Of a DNA stretch of 64,000 nt, positions 52,599 through 64,000 are shown piece by piece. A model generated the notes under the pieces. The model did not search any database and had not been told where the DNA came from. It worked only from the letters and a program-made list of their open reading frames with translations. The position numbers were made by a program, and so were the translations under genes. Numbering within the stretch: position 1 is the first letter of the stretch; each line of letters begins with the position of its first letter. Source of the DNA: Zancudomyces culisetae HAW-14-8 (taxonomy: Eukaryota; Fungi; Kickxellomycota); the NCBI GenBank assembly GCA_052426225.1, contig JBNJNM010000006.1:744001-808000 (forward strand), given 5' to 3'.

Positions 52599-55500
52599 AT
52601 GAAGGGTGGTAAAGTATACTCTCTGGTTGCTACAGAAGAGTTTGGAATCTGTCCACACGATTTAAAAAACAAAATACACAAATGGTGCCTGATTGACAGG
52701 GATGCGAGCCTAGACAATGTTGACAGCACAAACAAAGAAAGTGGGGATTTGCTGGATTTTACACTGGCAAATAAAGTAATACTCAAGGCCATGTGTCTTG
52801 AATGTTCAACAAGGCTAGAAATACGGGTGGGTAACAGTGTGTTCGATGCTAAACTCAAAAGCTTTTTGGATGAAAACGAGTCTAGAAGGAATGAAATCCG
52901 AGAAAAGTTGTTAACACAGAAAGATTATGGTATACTTTTAAACTCAGAGTTTAGGTTGGGGAAATGTGAATCTGATGAATATGGACATCATTGGCATGTC
53001 AAGAACACAAACGAAAACAAGACTGAAAGGCAGAATATTCAAGCGAATGAAAAGGCGATAGAATGCTGTAGCTGTAAAGCCATTTTCGAAATTCGACTGC
53101 TTGAACCGATTATTCCAACCGCAATCATAAAAGTATTGGAGAACTCAAGAAAGAAGGCAAACAATAACGATCTAAGCGATTTTGAAAAGCTGAAAGTGGG
53201 AACCAGGAACTATATATCGACTCTTGGGGGGATTCGAGTATTGGCGACAAACGCATTTAAGGGAGATGGTAGGGTAATAAGAGCTGACAATGAAAAGGCA
53301 AAGGCAAGATTGGGATTTGATCAAGCATTGTAAGTCTTTTGGTATTAGTGGTCATTGTTTATTTTTGAAACTCATTATCGATAGATCTCCAACCAAACTT
53401 TCTGGTTAAAATTTAATGACAATTCTGTAATAGCACAACCATAATGCAGCTTTTTGGGTTTGAGTATCTTGATGGAGTTTATACACCACCAAAAGTAGAG
53501 GAAATTAAAAACACAGAAAATATTGAAAGCTATAAACTGGCCGTTGATCAAATTTCGCTGGCAATATTTTCGGCACAGTCCATTTTACCAGATACGGAAA
53601 AAACCGAGAAAGATAAAATCAAGAGAATTGAAAACAAAATCCTAAACATCCTTGGTTCAGAGTACTTTCCAAGAAGGTCACACATCGTTTCTGAGTCTAT
53701 TGAGGACAGCTTAAAGCCATTTTCGCCATCCTATGCCACGCTTGGTATACCACCAACAGTTTCAGATCCGGTTATATTGTGGGCATACGACAAGAAAGTA
53801 GAAGAAACACCGGCAGAAGTAGGAAGATTATTGGATTCGTTAACAGATCTGAGTATCGGGAGGAAAAGTAGTGTACTAAAGCTGAAAGTGGTCCAAGAAA
53901 ACACTATAGGTAACTTACAACTATTTCTGAATTTACAAGTATATGCGGTTCTGTATATATTTTTGAAAAAAATATCTTTTTTTTTTATGATGTATAAACT
54001 AGACGAACTTTTTTGATTACTGACTGTATATCAACATTAACATACAATAATATATAGGGAGATACGGAAGCCATGCCGTTAAACTAGCATATTCTCATTT
54101 TGGAACTGTAGATACTAACATTGATGACAACATGCTTATCTTTTTGTTTGAAACTGAGGTAAGTGGTGTTAAATTATTGCTTATTTTTTACAACCAAGAA
54201 ACAATCAAGCTAACCAAAAACACAAATATTTAGTGCAACGATAGACCAACACTCATCGAAACACACAAATCCAAGTTGGCAATAATAGCTCAGGCTAGAA
54301 AGAGCAGTGCACTGGTTGAGTTTTTATTGTCAATAGGCCATAATGAGAATGTTGCAAACGGGCAAAATCCAGTGGGAATAGTAAACATTGGTAATACTTG
54401 CTATTTGAACTCACTTTTGCAGTATTACTACTCGATCAAGAATCTTCGAGAACAAGTTGAAGAGTTTGGAAATCAATCGACCTGGAATGAACAGATAATG
54501 CCAGGACGGAAAAATGGAAGCATGCAAATCACCGCGGCAGAGATAGAGAAATCAATTTCGTTTATCTCTCATTTGAAAAGACTTTTTAGCGAACTAGATG
54601 CTGCTAACAGTCAAATAGGCAGTGATGGGTATAAAAGCATCAGAGTTAAACCGGACTATGAGCTGGCTAAAATGCTTTTGGAGCCAGTGAATTATATAAA
54701 CATTGAAAAGGATAACGATACGAACATTCAAAACACTATATTTATGCCTCAGCAAGATATTACTGGTAAGTATCGAGTTGTTTTTTTTTAACAAGGGTAT
54801 TTCTGTATGCATATATTTAATCGATTACTTGCTCCACTATTTTCACTAGAATGTATGGCAATGATCGAGTCGTATTTGGAGGTTGCATCACCTCCATCAT
54901 CCGCTGATACTTTACTTTCACAAAGGTATTATGGTCTTTTTATTAAACAGTGTTATGGAAATGCGTTTGAGCATATATTTTCTATTAACAGTAGTATTTA
55001 ATTCTCTGATTTGCGGATAATATTAGGTTGTTTAGAGGAACACTAAGGTTTGAATTCCTGGGAGATACCATCAAAAAGTCTGAATTCAAAAACGAGTACT
55101 TTAACAGGCTAATAATAAATCTTGATGAGTCCCAAGCGGCAGATAATACTGTACAAAACTGCTTAGCTGCACTCTTTTCTGAGCATAAAGTGGACTGGTA
55201 TCAAAACACTGATTCTAGCGATAATTCAGATTCAAACAAAGCAACATCAGCTGACATGACTAACTCGCAATCCTCCGCTACAAAACGCACATTTATACTT
55301 GAATTGCCCGAATACCTGCAAATCCAGGTTCAGAGAACACAATTTGATACTGTACTGAACCGGCCTTTCAAATCCACAAGCCCATTAAAACTGCTAGATA
55401 CTATTGATCTGACTCGCTTTGTACACCCAGATTTGCCTACTAAATCATACACTTATGAACTGTATGCCATTATGATACACGAGGGAGATACGACTGAATC

Positions 55501-55654
55501 TGGTCACTACTGGATCTACATAAGGAATGATGAGAAGAATTGCTGGTATGAATTTAACGACGATATAGTAAAAATAGTCAGCGAACAAACCATATATTCG
55601 CTTGATGTGAGCACAAAAGTGTATTGCGTTGTTTACAAATTAGCAAAACTCTAA
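52599..55654 (+). CDS. UBP2: Ubiquitin-specific protease, Ubp2-like, 6 exons, about 847 aa
   Basis: Exons 52599-53329, 53434-53909, 54058-54158, 54234-54765, 54850-54925, 55027-55654 (2544 nt). Cys box GIVNIGNTCYLNSLLQYYY, QQDITECM, His box HEGDTTESGHYWIYI...FNDD. Ubp2-type repeats YATLGI...SDPVILWAYD. Confidence 0.85.
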
Positions 55655-55971
55655 TTTCTTGAGGATTTTAGTTTGCCTTCTTGATCACATTTGTTCGTTT
55701 TATTTACTTTGATTTTTATTTATGGTGATATTGGTAATGTGTGATAGATTTTATACACAGCAATTGTTTATACATAGCACACTATTGGACCAAAATAAAA
55801 AGTTTAGAATTTAATTAGAACAAAAGGAGCGTTCAATAAGAGCACAGAGTTTAGAGTACAGTAGACGAATAATCGACATATTATTGTTTGTTTATTTGTG
55901 CCACATGCTTAATATCACATGTAGTTGAGAAAAGTATATCTGAAAGACTAGGCAATTTCATTACCTGTATA

Positions 55972-57711
55972 ATGCTGGAAAAACATAAACAATTGGAAGG
56001 TTACACTGTGTTATACAAGGTAGGAGAGGGTCAGTATGGCAAAGTGTATAAGGTGCGTTCTTGTTTGGCAATTAGTGTGTATATATATATTTTTTTTTGT
56101 TTTGTAAATTAATGCAACTACAATGAAACATCTCGTTTGTACGAATTAAGAAACGTAATAATGTTGTTAATAGGCGATAGACAGGAGCTTGGGAATCTTG
56201 GTTGCAATAAAAGTTATTTACAAGAATACTGAGAATCAAAAGAATCTCAATTCCTACCTTCAAGAAGTTCGGTTGCTTAATGGATTAAATCACCCGCATA
56301 TTATTAAACTGCTAAAATATTTCGAAACTCCCGAAAACATTTATATAGTGACCGAGTTTTGCAAGGTACAAGACTGTTTTATAATTAACTTTTAAATTAC
56401 AAGTAAAAAAGCGTCTAAATCACCGCTATACCAAAGTGGTGGGTGTTATGTTACAGGTTCACCAAATATAATAATCACTTTGTATGTTATAGTCAAACCT
56501 ATTTGATTACACAGCGAAAAACGGAAAGTATTTGCGAACAGAGCTCATTCGCTCAATAGCACTACAACTGTTGTCGGCATTACTTACTTTACATTTGAAC
56601 GGAATAATCCACCACGATTTGAAGGTAATAGCGCTGAGATATATCTATCATTTGAAGTATATATGCGTATAACTACCATTTGTGTGTGATTGCATGCTTG
56701 TTTGTCTGTATAAAGCTGAGAGTAACCGAACATAACTGATATCTTTATACTATGCCACAAATTATGGATACTACGATTCTAGACTGAAAACATACTCGTT
56801 GGGTACGATAAGAGAGTAAAATTGTGTGATTTCGGTTTAGCTATTCATCTTCGAAAAGGGAGGGCAACAACGCCGATGAACATGGTCAAAGGTAACTCTT
56901 TCAACAATATCTACTAGCTTATCTTGTAAAAGTTTTGTGTCAGTAGGGTGAGGCGGGTGGGGGATTGTGCTAAGGCTGGTTAATGTGGCACATTTGTGCA
57001 CAAAGGAGCATTAAAGAGCTTTTTTCGGCCATCAACAGTCTTTTCAGCAAGCTAAATCAGTGCACTTATCATTTCTTCATTCATACTTATAGGAACATTG
57101 CTTTATATGGTAAGTATTTTTTACTCTTTATTTAACAAAGAACTCGACCACATGTTAAACTTTATTTATACTCAAACGTATTTCCGAACTTAGGCACCAG
57201 GTAATTACTCTATTTATTGTACTGTTTTATCATCTGGCGCACCTAAATATATTCACAAAATTATTCTTATTCTATTTTTAGAATTGTTGCTGAACTCTAC
57301 GTATAATTACAAGATTGACTTTTGGGCTCTAGGTAATAGTTTTTTTTTTGCTTCTTCAAGCTAACCAACACTTTTGGTTAGTACAAAATAGCTCGGAAAA
57401 CACACTAACTTTAGATTATTCTTATATTTAAAGGCGTGATTCTGTATGAGCTCTTTGTGGGAAAGGTTCCATTTGATGGAAATTCTGAAAAAGAAATCAA
57501 AAGAAGGATCATCTACGGATCTGTAAAATGGCCAAAGACAATACCATCTCAGCTAAGGGACTTGATTTCCGGGTTACTACAAACCGACCCTAATAAAAGG
57601 TTTTCGTGGGTCGAAATAAGAAAACACCCATTTTTACACTCCACGCTTACTGAGGACGAAATGCTGAAGCTCGATGCGCTAAATGGACAGAGTGTTGATC
57701 TAAATTTTTAG
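55972..57711 (+). CDS. Ser/Thr kinase of the Fused/STK36 (ULK group) type, kinase domain only, 8 exons, 288 aa
   Basis: Exons 55972-56052, 56174-56365, 56493-56624, 56783-56891, 57093-57109, 57194-57200, 57282-57332, 57434-57711 (867 nt). Motifs VGEGQYGKVYK, VAIK, HHDLKTEN, KLCDFGLA, KGTLLYMAPE, DFWALGVILYELFVGKVPF, VKWP, RFSW...HPF. Confidence 0.8.
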
Positions 57712-59159
57712 TCCTGGATTGATCCCTTAGTTATAGTGCCTACATCCATTATATCGATATTGCGTTTTCACTTTGTATTATAATAGATAGTTTTAATATT
57801 AACAAATGCAAATGGTTATCAATAAACTATGTTTCCACAGCTGGGTTAATCATGATATAGAGCTCAAGATGACTAGCTGCACACATCCACCTCGAGCTAC
57901 TGAATAACGTACACTCAAAACCATCCTTGTAACTTCAAACGCCAATGAATTATACCATTAAAGCTCTGAAGCTCTGTGGATATTTTTGAGTCAAGTGACA
58001 AGTTTTATTTGTATTTTTTTCAAATTTGCTTGGCATAATGAATGCAATATACTAATGTAGCATTCTTGTGATCAAACGGATTCTAACCTGGAGGAAACAG
58101 TCAAAAACAATCCGTATTATGGCTAGACTGATATCTATTATCAGAATACGTCAGGGCATTATATAAAACTGCTGTTATCAGCAATATGGACCTTACATGC
58201 TGCATATATATTGCAACTGATGTGATAATTGGGGCTTTTTTAAGCACGTGTTTTCTATTTTTATTTTTTGATAAGAACTTAGAAAACAAGCAACAGTGAT
58301 AAGTGATAACGTTCTACAAATCTTGATATGTATATGTCATTTTTTATTTGGCGTCAAATAAAAATAGTATGTATAGCCCAGTCTTGCTGAATATTTCCTG
58401 AACCACTAAAATGCATACATTCTTTTTAGCCTCTAAATGCCATGCATTTTTTAGCTGTTTTAATTTTCATATCAACTAATTTACGATCCCCATATATACA
58501 GGTCATAAATAACGGAATAAAGCAGTTACTGTAAGCTTTAATTTGCTTCTAAAAGTATGAAATGTTTGTGCTTTTCATGAATTCATTGATATAATTGGCT
58601 ATGCTAATAAACAAGCACATTAATTCCTCCAATTTATTTTTTTTACTGATTCAGCCTTCCCTGTAAGAGCTGAAAAGTGTGGGCAAAATGATCTCATTCT
58701 CGTGACCCATTTGAGCAATTTTTATTTTCTGTTTTCGCTTTGGTTAATTTTAATCATTTGGCGCAGATGCTTATGGGGTTGAATTAAAATTGCCATGTTT
58801 TTCAATTCAAAAAAATTTTTTTTGTTTTTGAAATGGTTGGAATTGAAATTAATACTAAAATTGAAATTGAAATGAAAATGGAATTTTTGCACTAAGTGTT
58901 GCATACTTGCTCTATCTCTAATCAATTGAAAAATGAACCCAATTAAAATTATCACTGATAAGAGAGCCTGTTGCTTTTTCATAATCTCAAATCAACACCA
59001 TAAAGAAAAATAAAGCACTAGGCTTGGTTAAAAATTTTTTTTTTCGAGCAAAGTTTTGTTTATATATCACATCGATTTCGTATTTTCTACTCATCTTGGT
59101 TCAAACTAATTTTTTAACCATTTGAATAAAAAATAAACTAATCAACCAAAAAACTAAAA

Positions 59160-59725
59160 ATGGCAGGTACGTAGAAATAATAGAATCAAACAATAATCAA
59201 TATACATGAGCCGCCAAGCCGTATTCTACAGCGATGTGCACTACGCGAACTATTGGTAACTTCATCAAACCGTTCAAAACTAAAATAACCACTTTTTTTT
59301 AATTATGAATTTTAGGAGACGCTGAAAAAGGAGCTAAGCTTTTCAAGACCCGTTGTGCACAATGCCACAGCGTAACACCCGGAGCCAACTCTACCGGACC
59401 ATCCCTTGCTGGTGTATTCAACAACAAGTCTGGTTCAGTTGAAGGATATGCATACACTGCTGCCAACAAGAACTCAGGTTTGACCTGGGATGAGGAGACC
59501 TTGGAAAAGTACCTCACCAAGCCAACCGCTGTTGTTCCAGGAACAAAGATGGTGTTTGCTGGTTTCAAGAAGGCCAAGGATAGAGCTGGTAAGTATGATA
59601 TTCTTTTTGATTACTGTTTATTCTGTTTTGTGCTTTTAGTGATAGAGTGCGTAAAACTTTATTTAAACTCACGATTTGTTATCACTAAACTTGTAGATAT
59701 GATCGCCTACTTGAAGACTGTATAA
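59160..59725 (+). CDS. CYC1: Cytochrome c (class I, atypical sequence), 3 exons, 102 aa
   Basis: Exons 59160-59166, 59316-59588, 59697-59725 give MAGDAEKGAKLFKTRCAQCHSVTPGANSTGPSLAGVFNNKSGSVEGYAYTAANKNSGLTWDEETLEKYLTKPTAVVPGTKMVFAGFKKAKDRADMIAYLKTV, with CxxCH and the PGTKM axial Met. Confidence 0.95.
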
Positions 59726-61111
59726 ATTCTAGTGCTTCAGCCTTTTTACTAGATTTTATAGCCATGTTGATTATCAAAATGACTTTTATTTGTTAATAAA
59801 AATTTTGTTTTCTTGTACAATCTTGCCTTTAATGCAATTTTTATTAACCACAACTTTATTTTGAGTTTTTTGATGTGTTGTGATGTCATACATATCACAA
59901 AGCTGTCCCACTTTTTTTATGTTATATATTGTATACAATGTTCATTTGTGTTCAAAGCCCTAGTTGATGCGGGTCTCAAATATGAAAAAAAGTGCTCGCA
60001 TTTTGGTTACAGGATTGCTACACTCCTGGGTGATCAACAAGATTTGTTTTGTACATGTTTCATATTATATCTGGTTTTGGTATAACACCACTTCAACTAC
60101 CCAAAACCAGGAAAGTTAAATTATATAACAAATGAAATATGTGCAGAAGAATGATAAAGGACAAAGTTGCGAAACAAATTATACTGGGTTCTAGGGAAAT
60201 GGCTAATTACTTATACATCGAATACGCAAGGGATGAGATGACATGTGATATATTCTAGATGTTGGCTGCTGTTATACTTTTAGCATTATAAACGCTGTTA
60301 GTGCCAAGTTGAGTTCATTTGGTTTTAGCAACACTTGCGCAGTAGTTTTTGATAGATATACAAGTTTGAATCGGACAAAAGCTTAAAGTGAGATACAATC
60401 TTTTAAACAATCAGTGCAAAGAAAAGAAGGTTGCATCAATTATTGTTTATATTGGAAGTATCCACCCAATAAAAGCAAAACGCGGTAATAATTGTGGGTT
60501 TGTAAAATAAAGTAAATAAAACTCGTGAATAAAAGCACGATATTCATTGAAAAAAAAGACTTTACCAAATATTGGTAATGAACATTTGATAAATCAAAAC
60601 GGCAAAAATAAAAATAACGACCATCGAAGCTGCGCACCATAAAAGATACATAGTTTCTTTTTAACGCGATAAATGTTTCCATTAGTAGTCAGTAGGATAT
60701 TGAGGGAATCAAGCCATCTGAAACAAGGTAAATAACAGATATTTACTTTTCTGTTGTTGTATATCGTTAAAAGTAATTTAGGTAATTAAACGCCTGAACA
60801 TTCGCAATACTCTCATTTTTGTATTAGAGACAAAACTAAACAAACTTAAAAAAAAGTAGTTGGATTAAAATCGAATTTAGCGTTACTAGCACAGTATAGC
60901 AGCAAAAAAAACTTGCCAAACGCACAAACACGCCAACGAACCGATAAGAGGTAAAGTCGAGAGTTATTATATTTCAAAGTCGACCTTTTTTAACAAGACA
61001 TTCCACATTCGGATCCTTTTTTAATGTTTACTCTGGTGAATCAGTGGGTAAAAGCAGACTCGAAAGAAAATCATATTGATATATTTATACTTTTTGGATT
61101 GTAGATTGGAA

Positions 61112-64000
61112 ATGTCAAAGCAAAGGACTTTAATGTATGTCAAAAATTTATCTTTACTCTTACCGAAATTCGATTGTACATAAACACTATAGATCCCAAG
61201 TATACATGCATTTTACTACTTGCTGGGTATTCATCTTTTTAGAAAAAGATGGATAATTAAACACCAATATTAATGAATACAAAAAATAGAAATTTCTTTA
61301 ATAATCCAAAGATCAAGATTAAGGAAAAAGAAAAGAAAGAGGAAAAGAAAGAGGAAAATGTAGTAGAAAGAATAAAAACTGTAGTTAATGATGAGAAGAT
61401 GGAGGTAAAGGCGATCCCCCTTTTTATGTTTTTATAAAAATTAACTGAATTCTTTGGTAGGAGGAGAGTTTACACGTCAGGAGTATCAATTAAGCCTTCA
61501 TTTCTTGATTTACAATACTCACTAAAAATGAATAGGTGAATGCTATCAATAGCTTTGAAAAGCAAGGTGTTGCAGTAAAAAAGGGTAAGCGAGGAATGTT
61601 TTAGCTGTAAACTGTAGCTTTCCTGTACCTTTATTATCAGTTGATCAAGCATTTCTTAGTTTTAACCTGTTCATGCAGAGTTTTAGCAAATTTTATCAAA
61701 CGAACCAAATAATCAAATTTATAGGTAAAGCTGCGGCAACTGACCCGAACAAAGGACAGAAAAGATCGAGAAAAGTAATATCAAGCGATAGTGAAACTGA
61801 AAGTGAAGGTGGTACCGATGTTGGCATTGCTTCTGGTGTTAGCGCTAATGGAAAAGTTGAAGTCGATATAAAAAGCACGAAAAGATCCAAATCGGCAGAT
61901 AATAAAGGTAATTTTGCAAAGTGAGCGAGAAATATTAATACACAAAACCTTGTCCTTTGGGCAGCTATCTAAGAGTGTAAGTAAAAATTGAAATATAGTT
62001 TTAAACGAAATGTTTTCGGCTACGGAAATACTGAGAATAGATACCAAACGAATGAAAGTTACCGATTCTGTACAAGAAGTAAAAATGGATGGAGAGTAAG
62101 ATAGCTGAACTACACACTTTATTACTATATAGCAATACCCTTAGCCATAAACATGATCCTAGTATAACAGGGAGGGGAGGAGGAAGAAGTTTTAGCGTAT
62201 AATTGATGTGTTAACAACTAACCATTTATTGGTAAAAAAAACTACAACAGTAGCAAAAACATCAAAAGTACATCTGTTGGTGGAGACACCTCCAAGAGTC
62301 AAAGGTACGTGATTTATGCAAGATACTTGAAAACTCAGATTGTGGAATGATATAATGCTGATTTATGACTTTTTGTGTGAATAAACATGTAGTGTAATGT
62401 ACTCTGAACTATGCAAAGCATTTGAAAGAATCGAAGCAACTACAAAACGGTAATATGAATCATCTATGTAGCAATACCAACTATAATAGTTGAATGACAA
62501 AGAATTTTTAGTAATATGGTATTAATAGACTTTAAAGGCTTGTTGGATAAAATAGATTAGAGATAACAGAGATAATAACAGAATACTTTTCGACAATGAT
62601 TGGCCATGGGGCAAAAGAACTGACACAGAGTGTATACCTGTGTGTTAACCAAGTAGGACCAGAGTATGAAGGCTTAGAGCTGGGGATTGGCGAAAGTATT
62701 TTGATGAAGGCCATTGCTGGGGCTACTGGAAGGCAAGTGAGTAAAGTCAAAAGCGAGGCGAGTAAAGTGGGTGATCTTGGAATAATAGCACAGCAGTTTA
62801 GAAGCAATCAGAGGACTCTAGTTGAGCGACCACGCCTATCGCTGAGTAAAGTATTTGAAACGTTTTACGAGATATCAAAGCTTTCAGGTTCGTCGTCTAT
62901 GCAGAAAAAGGTTGATAAAATATCATCGTTGATTGTGGGCAGCAAAGACATTGAAGCGCGATATATTGTTAGATCGCTGGAAGGAAAGTTGAGGATAGGG
63001 TTGGCGGAAAAGACTGTTATAACAGGACTGGGGCAGGCGCTGGCTAGAAACTCAGGTACTAGCAAATTGAGTAGTGAAGAGATTGTGGATATGATAAAAG
63101 AAGCATTTACTCAGGTTCCCAACTACGAGGTAGTTATTGAAAATATTATGACTTATGGGATTGAGAACTTGAAGGATAGGTGCAAAATAACTCCAGGAAT
63201 ACCGGTAAGGCCTATGCTGGCAATGCCAATTAAGAGTATTGAAGAAGTTAAAGAAAGAATCGATGGCCAAGAAGCCACGTGTGAATATAAATATGATGGA
63301 GAAAGGATTCAGATTCATTACATCGATGGAGTGGAGAGAAAATCTTTTAGCCGAAATATGGAGAATAATACAGCCAAGTACAGGGATATTTTGGGAAAAG
63401 TACAGACCAAACAACCACAAGTCAAGAACTATATCATTGATGCCGAAGTAGTGGCGTATGATTACAAGGCAAACAAGATCTTACCATTCCAAGTGTTAAG
63501 TACTAGAAAGCGCAAAGATGACGTGCAAAAGGAAGATAGCAAAGAAAACGAAGTGGATTTGTTGGACAGTAAAGTGCCTGTCAAACTATTTGCATTTGAT
63601 GTATTGTATTTTGATGGAAAACCAACACTGCAAACATCGTTAAAAGAGCGTCGAGCATTGCTAGAGCGTGAGTTTGTTATTGATGACCATTTTGGTATTG
63701 TGGAATACAAAAACATCCAGTATAAAAACGGAAATGCTAAAAAATTCTTCAGCAACAAGCGTGGTGATGCTGATGAAGAATGTAGTGAGGAGAATGCAGA
63801 GAACATAGTGGACGAAAACATGGAAATAATAGAGTTTCTAAACAAATCCATAGGCGACAGTTGTGAGGGATTGATGGTCAAACTTCTAGGAAGCGAGGCC
63901 AGCTACTATGAGCCAAACAAGAGAAGTAGAAACTGGATAAAGGTCAAAAAAGATTACCTGGCTGCGAGTAGCGGTGTCAATGGCAGCGGCGGGGGAGGTA
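61112..64000 (+). CDS. CDC9: DNA ligase I, multi-exon, 3' end beyond the window
   Basis: First exons 61112-61134 and 61290 onward give MSKQRTLINFF (PIP box). The long exon from 62556 contains ELGIGESILMKAI, RSLEGKLRIGLAEKTV, PVRPMLA, CEYKYDGERIQIH (adenylated Lys at 63289), FDVLYFDG, CEGLMVK and RNWIKVKKDYL. Small internal exons at 61.4-62.45 kb are not fully resolved. Confidence 0.93.

Noticed and set aside
59728-59753. GCCTTTTTACTAGA resembling U5 snRNA loop 1
   Set aside because: Five Ts instead of four, the stem register is wrong, there is no U5 body, and it lies in the cytochrome c 3' UTR.
1-64000. Selenoprotein (in-frame TGA plus SECIS), considered because some early-diverging fungi use selenocysteine
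   Set aside because: All gene models close without TGA read-through and I saw no convincing SECIS; a SECISearch/Seblastian run would be needed to exclude it formally.

Overview
Eukaryotic, AT-rich, gene-dense window with short GT-AG introns. The gene set and protein signatures point to an early-diverging fungus; Zoopagomycota/Kickxellomycotina (possibly a Harpellales insect-gut fungus) is my inference, not something the sequence proves. Thirteen protein-coding genes are supported, in order: a secreted Gly/Asn/His/Tyr multi-repeat protein, a C2H2 transcription factor, a RalGAP-beta-like protein (8 exons), PNO1, a Whi3/Scw1-like RRM protein, HEM25/SLC25A38, UPF1, cytoplasmic dynein heavy chain, a 7TM-RGS fusion, a PUB1/TIA-1-like protein, UBP2, a Fused/STK36-like kinase with micro-exons, and cytochrome c. 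A fourteenth, DNA ligase I, is truncated by the window edge. I found no tRNA, rRNA, transposon or CRISPR. The three strongest leads are: (1) the block-copolymer secreted protein, a candidate adhesive or structural fibre; (2) a cytochrome c that has lost near-invariant mitochondrial residues and resembles alphaproteobacterial cytochrome c2 after the haem motif; (3) an unannotated structured plus-strand region at about 22.27-23.26 kb with nested helices, a possible pseudoknot and competing pairings, a candidate ncRNA. Exon boundaries were derived by hand from GT/AG and frame continuity, and family calls are from motif recognition; no database search was run.
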